Part shown: positions 26,135 to 32,000 of the stretch, in pieces | Numbering within the stretch: position 1 is the stretch's first letter | Layout of the letters: the number at the start of each line of letters is the position of its first letter | Source of the DNA: Candidatus Omnitrophota bacterium | Lineage (GTDB): Bacteria; Omnitrophota; Gorgyraeia; Zapsychrales; JANLHA01 | DNA: 32,000 nucleotides | Direction: 5' to 3' | Assembly (NCBI GenBank): GCA_963662715.1 | Contig: OY759724.1 | Location: 3,210,001 to 3,242,000, forward strand | Notes under the pieces: generated by a model | Database searches by the model: none | Told to the model about the DNA's origin: nothing | The model's input: the letters and a program-made list of their open reading frames with translations, nothing else | Program-made: the position numbers and the translations under genes

Positions 26135-26839
26135 TTAATTAGCCCTCTGAAAGACAGGAACAAAATGGGATTCCAAAATAGGGCAATTATGTTGAAAAAT
26201 AAAATTCTGGATGGACCGCTCAATATCGGAAATTGAGACAACATAAGGGAAAACAGGGCCGAAATAGCTCACCTCCGGCCCGATGCAGGTGAACTTAAAG
26301 CCGTATTTGGCAAAAAGCACGTACAATTTCCTTTCCATCAAGGCATACCAATGGGTAATATCCAAACGCTTGCTTTCCGCAAACACGCTGCTACAAAGCC
26401 CTATAGTGATACACTTAGCAATACACCGGGACAGCGCATCAGAATACTTTGAGGGACAGTTCTTACTGTCCTCACACAAGCGCAGAAAATCCTTTTTCTT
26501 ACGGAACTTCTCGCTGACAATCAAACGCGAAATCTCGGCAAACCGCAGCTGGGGACATATCTTTCTGGGATTGAGGAACAGAGAACTCTTCTGTTCCAAA
26601 GGCAGCGGATGTCTGCCGGGCAGAATCAGGCGGATAGCCCCTACAACGTCTCCTTCACTATCAATCGCCGCAAAATGCTGGGCTTGCGAGTCATATTTAT
26701 CATGCTCTAAGCCGTCCGGGTAATCATCTGAATCAATATATCGGCATTCCTCTACATAGACATCATAACGCAAACGGAAAATCTGCTCCATCAGGTGAGG
26801 CTCATCAGAATATACTTTTTTGTATATCAACTCTTTCAT
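26135..26839 (-). CDS. N-acyl amino acid synthase-like GNAT (PEP-CTERM/exosortase system-associated acyltransferase type), paralog 2
   Basis: 234 aa, the same length as paralog 1 and by eye roughly one third to 40% identical. Shared blocks include LRYDVYVEEC, YP.GLEHDKYDSQAQHFAA, VVGAIRLILPG, FAEISRL, ITHWYALME and GFKFTCIGPEV. Confidence 0.8.
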   Translation of the reverse strand: MKELIYKKVYSDEPHLMEQIFRLRYDVYVEECRYIDSDDYPDGLEHDKYDSQAQHFAAIDSEGDVVGAIRLILPGRHPLPLEQKSSLFLNPRKICPQLRFAEISRLIVSEKFRKKKDFLRLCEDSKNCPSKYSDALSRCIAKCITIGLCSSVFAESKRLDITHWYALMERKLYVLFAKYGFKFTCIGPEVSYFGPVFPYVVSISDIERSIQNFIFQHNCPILESHFVPVFQRAN

Positions 26840-26851
26840 AGTTTAAGCGCC

Positions 26852-26880
26852 ATGCTAGCATCTGAACCTCAACATGTCAA
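26852..26880 (-). promoter_or_regulatory. Candidate sigma-70 promoter (extended -10) for paralog 2
   Basis: Minus strand reads TTGACA (26880-26875), a 17-nt spacer ending in TGC, then TAGCAT (26857-26852). 12 nt separate the -10 from ATG 26839. The -10 lies inside the perfect palindrome ATGCTAGCAT. Confidence 0.55.
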
Positions 26881-26892
26881 GGGACTCAACCT

Positions 26893-26937
26893 GGACACAG
26901 CCGGACAGGGACAACCCCAGACACACTGGGACAGACA
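26893..26937. repeat. Array of short GGACA/GACA direct repeats
   Basis: GGACA starts at 26893, 26903, 26909 and 26929. aGACA starts at 26919 and 26933. This gives two interleaved series with 10-bp spacing (26893/26903 and 26909/26919/26929). Confidence 0.7.
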
Positions 26938-26959
26938 AAAATAATACGGCATATTAAGG

Positions 26960-26984
26960 TGACCTGCCCCCATTAGTTGTGCCA
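26960..26984. repeat. IS terminal inverted repeat (orfB-proximal end)
   Basis: TGACCTGCCCCCATTAGTTGTGCCA pairs with the reverse complement of 28166-28191. Confidence 0.8.
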
Positions 26985-27824
26985 AAAGTTGTGAGAGTTT
27001 AACGGAGATGGCTGAAGCCATCTTGGTTGAATAGCTTCCGGTGCCGGAGGCTTATAACCCAATGATCCATGCGGACGGATCGTATTATATTCCCACCGCC
27101 AGCGTTCCACCAACACCTGAGCTTCATACAATGTATCAAAAATTTCCAGATTTAACAACTCATCCCGTAGTCGCCCGTTAAAGGATTCAATATATCCATT
27201 TTCCCAAGGGCTTCCCGGTTCAATATACAACGTTTCCACTCCGATCCTTCTCAACCACCAACGGACGCGTTCAGCGATAAATTCCGGCCCATTATCCGAA
27301 CGAATATATAACGGCACTCCTTTTTCAATAAACAATCGAGATAAAACATCAATCACATTCCTGGAATTGAGTTTGCGCCCAACTTCTATGGCCAGGCATT
27401 CCCGGCTATACTCATCAATGATCGTTAACATCTTTATTGGTCGGCCATTTGATGTCCGGTCATGAACAAAATCATAACTCCAGACGTGGTTGTGATGTTC
27501 TGGCCGTAATCGGATGCAGGAACCGTCATTCAGCCATAACCTCCTTCGTTTAGGTTGTTTCATCGGAACTTTAAGACCTTCCCGTCTCCATAAACGTTCG
27601 ACTCGTTTATCATTTAATGGCATCCAGCCCGATTCGCGTAACAATTCAGCAACTTTTCGGTATCCATACCGTCCATATTGCTTGACCATATTGATCATAG
27701 CCTCAACTAATGCTCCTTCATCATATCGGCCTGAACATCTATATTGCTGTGTTGATCTTGCTTGGCTAAGAATTTTACACAACCGCCTTTCTGATACTTT
27801 GGGGAATTTCTCCTTCGCCCACAT
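26973..27824 (-). CDS. IS3-family transposase OrfB (DDE/rve integrase domain)
   Basis: 283 aa from the first Met. The frame is open upstream to nt 27863. DDE-region motifs [15 protein letters not shown] and [10 protein letters not shown], plus [15 protein letters not shown]. Probably expressed as an OrfAB fusion. Confidence 0.93.
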   Translation of the reverse strand: MWAKEKFPKVSERRLCKILSQARSTQQYRCSGRYDEGALVEAMINMVKQYGRYGYRKVAELLRESGWMPLNDKRVERLWRREGLKVPMKQPKRRRLWLNDGSCIRLRPEHHNHVWSYDFVHDRTSNGRPIKMLTIIDEYSRECLAIEVGRKLNSRNVIDVLSRLFIEKGVPLYIRSDNGPEFIAERVRWWLRRIGVETLYIEPGSPWENGYIESFNGRLRDELLNLEIFDTLYEAQVLVERWRWEYNTIRPHGSLGYKPPAPEAIQPRWLQPSPLNSHNFWHN

Positions 27825-27850
27825 AATCGCCCGGCGTTTCTTGGCCGGGC

Positions 27851-28126
27851 TTAGAAGTTTCCCTCATTGACTTCCTTCAAAATAGCGTTATCTAATGATA
27901 AGTCAGCCACCAGTTTCTTTAATCGGGTATTCTCCCGTTCTAGCTCTTTATACTTCTTGGCTTGATCTATTTTCATCCCGCCGTATGCCTTGCGCCAACG
28001 GTAATAGGTCTGTTCCGATATGCCCGCTTGTCGGCAGGCATCTCCGGTGTCCAGCCCTTTACCAAGGTGTATTTCAACTTCTCGTAATTTCGTAATTATT
28101 TCTTCTGATTTGAATCTTTTACCCAT
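27851..28126 (-). CDS. IS3-family transposase OrfA (HTH, leucine-zipper-like tail)
   Basis: 91 aa. ...[21 protein letters not shown]...[25 protein letters not shown] is typical of IS3/IS911-type OrfA. Confidence 0.92.
   Translation of the reverse strand: MGKRFKSEEIITKLREVEIHLGKGLDTGDACRQAGISEQTYYRWRKAYGGMKIDQAKKYKELERENTRLKKLVADLSLDNAILKEVNEGNF
27857..27863 (-). other. Programmed -1 ribosomal frameshift heptamer G_GGA_AAC
   Basis: The minus strand reads GAG GGA AAC TTC TAA in the orfA frame. Slipping to GGG AAA C enters the orfB frame, which is open from this exact point. The site fits the X_XXY_YYZ pattern and lies 2 codons before the orfA stop. Confidence 0.7.
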
Positions 28127-28165
28127 TTTTGCCCCTTTCTGTTATCATTATTCTATCACAAAAAG

Positions 28166-28191
28166 TGGCTCAACTTTTGGGGGGTGGGTCA
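28166..28191. repeat. IS terminal inverted repeat (orfA-proximal end)
   Basis: The reverse complement is TGACCCACCCCCCAAAAGTTGAGCCA. Confidence 0.8.
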
Positions 28192-28371
28192 AAGGTACGA
28201 TAAAATTCATCAAGGATAATCTATTGAATACGAATCCTTCCGGTGGATTTTCGTTATACGTATACTGCAGCTCAGGGGAAAGAAAAGGCGAAGCGCACAT
28301 TAATAAGAATAATTTTTCTCTTTCCACCGCTCCCTCAAATAAAAGTAAGCAGCGAATATTTCTATTTGCAT

Positions 28372-28400
28372 TTGCATCTTAAAGTACCATATGCTAGCAT
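28372..28400 (+). promoter_or_regulatory. Candidate sigma-70 promoter (extended -10) for the LolA-like/ABC operon
   Basis: TTGCAT (28372-28377), a 17-nt spacer ending in TGC, then TAGCAT (28395-28400). The -10 is embedded in the same ATGCTAGCAT palindrome seen at 26852-26861. It lies about 40 nt upstream of ATG 28441. Confidence 0.45.
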
Positions 28401-28440
28401 AATTTCAAATCATTTTTGTTAATATTTTTCAGACTGGAAT

Positions 28441-29220
28441 ATGAAAATAAATCAGAAAATACGCAGTCATTTGTTGGGAGCAATCCTCTTTTCCCTTCTT
28501 TGCCCTTTAACAGTTGCCGGCGCACAGGAGGAAATTTCGGCCAAGGAATTTATTAAACGCTCCGATGACCTTATGCGGGGAGAAACGAATCAAGGCATCT
28601 ATTCCATGCGCATCAAGACTCCCAACTGGGAACGCACGCTGTCCCTGCAGGTTTACAATTCCGGGCGCAATAAGACGTTTATCCGCATCCTCTCTCCGGC
28701 CAAGGAAGCAGGTATCGGCACGTTACGGATCGATAATGAGATGTGGAATTACCTTCCCAATATAGAAAAAACGATTAAAATCCCCCCTTCCATGATGCTT
28801 CAGCCCTGGATGGGAAGTGATTTTGCCAATGATGATCTGGTCAAAGAAAGCAGCATTGTGGAAGATTACACGCATAGAATCGTAAGTCAACGCTCCTTCA
28901 AGGATAAAACCATTCTGAAAATTCAACTCACCCCTAAACCCGGAGCCCCTGTGATCTGGGGAAAAATATATCGCTGGATCCGGCAAGAAGATTATCTGCC
29001 TTTGAAAGAAGCCTATTATGACGAAAAAGGCAAACTGATTAAGACCCTTTATTATCTTAATGAAGGTCCGGTTTCTGACCGTGTCATTCCCAGGACCTGG
29101 ACCATGAAGTCAGAAGTCAAAGAAGGACACATGACCACGATAAAATTGCAGGATGTTGAGTATAATAAACCCATACCCGATGATATCTACACTCTCATAC
29201 ATCTTAAAAAAATCCAGTAA
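28441..29220 (+). CDS. LolA-like outer membrane lipoprotein-sorting protein family (periplasmic carrier fold)
   Basis: 259 aa with a signal peptide (…LTVAGAQE). The blocks FIRILSPAKEAGIGTLRIDNEMWNYLPNIEKTIKIPPSMMLQPWMGSDFANDDL are characteristic of the LolA_like family usually found beside FtsX-type ABC permeases. Confidence 0.82.
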   Translation: MKINQKIRSHLLGAILFSLLCPLTVAGAQEEISAKEFIKRSDDLMRGETNQGIYSMRIKTPNWERTLSLQVYNSGRNKTFIRILSPAKEAGIGTLRIDNEMWNYLPNIEKTIKIPPSMMLQPWMGSDFANDDLVKESSIVEDYTHRIVSQRSFKDKTILKIQLTPKPGAPVIWGKIYRWIRQEDYLPLKEAYYDEKGKLIKTLYYLNEGPVSDRVIPRTWTMKSEVKEGHMTTIKLQDVEYNKPIPDDIYTLIHLKKIQ

Positions 29221-29279
29221 TCAAATCTTTTTAAGAACGCAGGCAGCACTTCCGGCAAAACATTTCATAACTCATTACA

Positions 29280-30506
29280 ATGTTTACATTTATAAAAATT
29301 GCCATTCGGAACATCATTCGCAATAAAAAAAGATCACTGATCACGATCTCGGCTGTCGGTTTCGGATTAGGGGCCCTGATCTTCATCTGGGCTTTTGTCG
29401 AAGGCGCCCACAAACAAATGATCGAAAACTACACGTCGTATTTAACGAGCCATATTCTTATTCACCGAAAGGGTTATCAGCAAAAGAACAATCTGGAGAC
29501 CTATATTGAAATCCCCAGGAACATCCTCTCTTTTCTGCAACAAAGACCGGAAATTGCCGCGTTTGCCCCCCGGGTCAAAGCAGAGGGGTTATTAAGCTCT
29601 GCCGAATCTTCTTCCGGTGTTTTAATTTTTGGGATCGACCCTCTGCAGGAGACAAAAGTCAGCACATTAAGCAAACGCATCAAACAGGGCCGTTTTCTGA
29701 CCCCGGACAGTCATGACAATATCATTATCGGAGAAGCCCTGGCAAAAAACCTGAATGTCGGGCTGGGAGACAAGGTCGTGATCATGTCGCAGGCCCTGGA
29801 TGGCAGTATCGCCGCCGGAGCCTTCCGTATCCAGGGTTTGCTGGACACGGGGGTGGAAGAAATTGACAAAGGGGTCGTGCTGCTTCTGCTGCCGGACTCC
29901 CAAGAGCTTTTCGTTATGAACGATAAAATCTCGGAGATTGCCATTCGGCTCAAGTCTGTTGAGAAGGCAAAATCCGTCGCCAAAAAACTCAGCAGGGCCC
30001 TCCCTGCCTCTGAACTGGAAATACTGCCCTGGCAAACCATATCTCCCATGATGCAGCAATGGATAGAATTTGACAACGCTTTTATTTGGATCATCGTCAT
30101 CGTCGTCATGATTGTTGTCGCCATCGGCATCCTCAACACCGTTCTCATGGGCGTCTTGGAACGAACCAGGGAGTTTGGCATCCTGCTGGCCTTAGGAACT
30201 CATCACAAGCAAATCGTGGCGATGGTGGCCTGGGAATCCGTCTTCCTGGGGATTATCGGCAGCCTTTGGGGCCTGGCCTTAGGAGTATCATTAAGCAGTT
30301 ATTTCGGGAAAGTCGGTATAGATTTATCCTTATTCACCAGCGCCCTCAACTCATTTTATATGGACGCTTTTATTTATCCGGTCATTCATATGGGTTATAT
30401 ATCGGTATCTGTGGCCCTGGTTTTGTTTACAAGTATCCTCGTGTCAATCTATCCGGCCTGGCATGCGGCCCATTTAAAACCCGTTGATGCTATACGGACT
30501 ATTTAG
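29280..30506 (+). CDS. ABC transporter permease, FtsX/MacB/LolCE type
   Basis: 408 aa. N-terminal AIRNIIRNKKRSLITISAVGFGLGAL, a large periplasmic loop after TM1, and a C-terminal three-TM FtsX domain ending in SIYPAWHAAHLKPVDAIR. Confidence 0.9.
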   Translation: MFTFIKIAIRNIIRNKKRSLITISAVGFGLGALIFIWAFVEGAHKQMIENYTSYLTSHILIHRKGYQQKNNLETYIEIPRNILSFLQQRPEIAAFAPRVKAEGLLSSAESSSGVLIFGIDPLQETKVSTLSKRIKQGRFLTPDSHDNIIIGEALAKNLNVGLGDKVVIMSQALDGSIAAGAFRIQGLLDTGVEEIDKGVVLLLLPDSQELFVMNDKISEIAIRLKSVEKAKSVAKKLSRALPASELEILPWQTISPMMQQWIEFDNAFIWIIVIVVMIVVAIGILNTVLMGVLERTREFGILLALGTHHKQIVAMVAWESVFLGIIGSLWGLALGVSLSSYFGKVGIDLSLFTSALNSFYMDAFIYPVIHMGYISVSVALVLFTSILVSIYPAWHAAHLKPVDAIRTI

Positions 30507-30515
30507 TCTTTTATT

Positions 30516-31190
30516 ATGGCTCTTATAGAAACAAAAAATCTCAAAAAAGTCTACACGATAGGAAAAAACATCAGAGCCGAAGCTCTGCGCGGCATCAACC
30601 TGCAGATTACGGAAGGGGAATTCACGGCCATTGCCGGCCCTTCCGGTTCGGGGAAATCTTCCCTGTTAAATATCATCGGGGCTTTAGACACCCCCACAGA
30701 AGGCCTTATCCTTCATGACGGGCAGGATGTCAGCCAGAAAACCCCGAAGCAACTAGCCTCCTTCAGATTACGGCATATCGGATTTGTCTTCCAGGCCTAT
30801 AATCTTATCAACACATTGACCGCTCTTGAGAATGTTGAATACATTATGCTGCTGCAGGGCGTCAGCTGGCATACCCGCCAGAAACGCTCGAAAGAAATAC
30901 TAAAACGCGTCGGGCTGAACGACTACATCCACCGGTTCCCTAATGAGATGAGCGGGGGACAGCAACAGCGGGTTGCGGTGGCCAGGGCCATGGCCGCTGA
31001 ACCGCGCATAATCTTGGCTGATGAACCCACGGCCAATTTAGATTCAAAAACAGCACAGGAATTGCTGAATCTTATGCTAGAATTAAACGATGAAAAAAAG
31101 ATCACCTTTGTTTTTTCAACTCACGACAGCCTAATCATGGAACGGGCCAAACGTCTCGTAATCTTAAAAGATGGAGTCATTGTCTCATGA
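30516..31190 (+). CDS. ABC transporter ATP-binding protein (MacB/LolD-like)
   Basis: 224 aa. Walker A GPSGSGKSS, signature MSGGQQQRVAVARA, and Walker B ILADEPT. Confidence 0.95.
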   Translation: MALIETKNLKKVYTIGKNIRAEALRGINLQITEGEFTAIAGPSGSGKSSLLNIIGALDTPTEGLILHDGQDVSQKTPKQLASFRLRHIGFVFQAYNLINTLTALENVEYIMLLQGVSWHTRQKRSKEILKRVGLNDYIHRFPNEMSGGQQQRVAVARAMAAEPRIILADEPTANLDSKTAQELLNLMLELNDEKKITFVFSTHDSLIMERAKRLVILKDGVIVS

Positions 31191-32000
31191 AAAACTTTCT
31201 TTTGCTGGTATCCGTATTAATATTAGCCGTGACAACGGATGTTTTTGCCGAGGACTCAACGGACACTTTCAGTCTGAGCGGTTATTATAAAGCGCTCGTC
31301 GTCGGGAGCAAATCCCTGGCGACCAAGGAAAACATTTTTGCGGCGACCAACCGGCTCAGGCTGGAACTTAAAGCGCAAAAAGACCCTTGGCAGTTTTATT
31401 TGACCATTGACAACGAAGCTATTATCAATGACTTCGCCAATACGGCAGATTTCGCCTTTATCCGCTCACGCACCCAGGACAAAGTCGCGGCTATCGACGC
31501 AGACGTTGTTTCGGTCGACAACGACCATTTATACCTGAAACATTCCATCTACCGGGCTTTTATCAAATATTACACGCCGGAATTTCAGGCGGTGATCGGG
31601 AAACAACTCATCGATTGGGGACGTTTGAGGTTCTATTCTCCGGTCGACATCTTCAATTCCGTAGGTCCCGTCAATCTGGAACAAGACGAACGGATCGGGG
31701 TCGATGCCATCAACCTCAATTATTCCCCGGAGGCCTTCGTAGGCATCAATCTTGTCGCCGCTCCTGACAGCAAGGATGAAAATGCCAGCGGAGGGCTCAA
31801 GATTTATAAAACAATCTCGACATATGACCTGGCCTTGCTGGCGGCCTCTGTCCGTAAAGATCAGATATACGGGTTCTCCTTTGACGGCTACATTAAAGAT
31901 GCGGGATTCCGGGGAGAATTCACCTATACGGTTCAAGATGACAAACGGGAATTCCCCCGGGCAGCCCTGGGGATCGATTACCGATTCAATCCAAAATGGT
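31187..32000 (+). CDS. Exported protein, putative outer-membrane beta-barrel, 3'-truncated by the window edge
   Basis: Absent from the ORF track because it has no stop in the window. The ATG overlaps the ATPase stop (ATGA). Signal peptide MKNFLLLVSVLILAVTTDVFA/ED. The frame stays open for about 271 codons to the window end, with alternating hydrophobic/aromatic patterns (SLSGYYKALVV, RLRLELKA, FSFDGYIKDAGFRGEFTY). Confidence 0.7.
   Translation, partial: MKNFLLLVSVLILAVTTDVFAEDSTDTFSLSGYYKALVVGSKSLATKENIFAATNRLRLELKAQKDPWQFYLTIDNEAIINDFANTADFAFIRSRTQDKVAAIDADVVSVDNDHLYLKHSIYRAFIKYYTPEFQAVIGKQLIDWGRLRFYSPVDIFNSVGPVNLEQDERIGVDAINLNYSPEAFVGINLVAAPDSKDENASGGLKIYKTISTYDLALLAASVRKDQIYGFSFDGYIKDAGFRGEFTYTVQDDKREFPRAALGIDYRFNPKW

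Larger units (their letters stand above)
26960..28191 (-). mobile_element. IS3-family insertion sequence, apparently intact (1232 bp)
   Basis: Ends are TGACC...GGTCA. The imperfect terminal inverted repeats are TGACCTGCCCCCATTAGTTGTGCCA (left) and TGACCCACCCCCCAAAAGTTGAGCCA (right, reverse complement), about 20/26 matches with one gap. AAGG flanks both ends (26956-26959 and 28192-28195). orfA and orfB are arranged for a -1 frameshift. Confidence 0.9.

Noticed and set aside
25294-26839. The two GNAT paralogs as classical LuxI acyl-homoserine-lactone synthases (a quorum-sensing locus)
   Set aside because: No LuxR-type receptor is in the window. The conserved blocks (LR..VY..E...., E.D.YD..s.HF, AEISRL) match my recollection of the N-acyl amino acid synthase/exosortase-associated subfamily better. 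This cannot be fully excluded without HMM scoring.
28020-28382. 120-aa + strand ORF spanning the IS end
   Set aside because: It crosses the IS boundary at 28191 and is antisense to orfA. It has no motifs, so I consider it spurious.
31529-31936. 135-aa minus-strand ORF
   Set aside because: It is antisense to a + strand frame that stays open from ATG 31187 to the window end. That + strand frame has a signal peptide and is start/stop-coupled to the ABC ATPase gene.
1-32000. CRISPR arrays, tRNA/rRNA genes, prophage or defence-system genes
   Set aside because: I saw no regularly spaced direct repeats, no cloverleaf-like conserved tRNA segments in the intergenic regions, and no nuclease, helicase or methylase-type ORFs. 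This rests on manual reading only, so small RNAs could have been missed.

Overview
The window looks like it comes from a diderm, probably anaerobic, bacterium. That reading rests on family content: sigma-54 regulation, a PEP-CTERM protein, a LolA-like/FtsX exporter, and DUF134 and PocR domains. I found no rRNA, tRNA or CRISPR array.

Nt 1-15500, mostly on the + strand, are largely housekeeping genes. They include a 5'-truncated citramalate/isopropylmalate synthase family gene, valS, nadC, a secreted hypothetical and a CPBP intramembrane protease. A three-subunit xanthine-dehydrogenase-family molybdoenzyme (FAD, 2Fe-2S and Moco subunits) follows. Its maturation genes (MocA-like, XdhC) are scattered around a membrane-anchored coiled-coil/disordered protein, a cyclophilin and a PNPOx-family protein.

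Nt 15700-32000 are the accessory part. A long minus-strand operon encodes a membrane protein, a TPR protein, a GAF histidine kinase, a sigma-54 (NtrC-type) response regulator, a PocR+GAF sensor and possibly a DUF134 protein. Upstream of it on the same strand is the most interesting locus.

That locus has two diverged paralogs of a LuxI/FeeM-fold N-acyl amino acid synthase (the PEP-CTERM/exosortase-associated acyltransferase type). Next comes a 903-aa adenylase-ACP-PlsC tri-domain fusion. Last is a ~100-aa PEP-CTERM protein behind a consensus sigma-54 promoter (TGGCAC-N5-TTGC).

An apparently intact IS3-family element sits in the control region between this locus and a divergent cluster. It has imperfect terminal inverted repeats, a 4-bp AAGG target duplication and a GGGAAAC -1 frameshift site. 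The divergent cluster encodes a LolA-like protein, an FtsX permease, an ABC ATPase and a putative outer-membrane protein.

No exosortase gene is present in the window. All functional links between these modules are inference.
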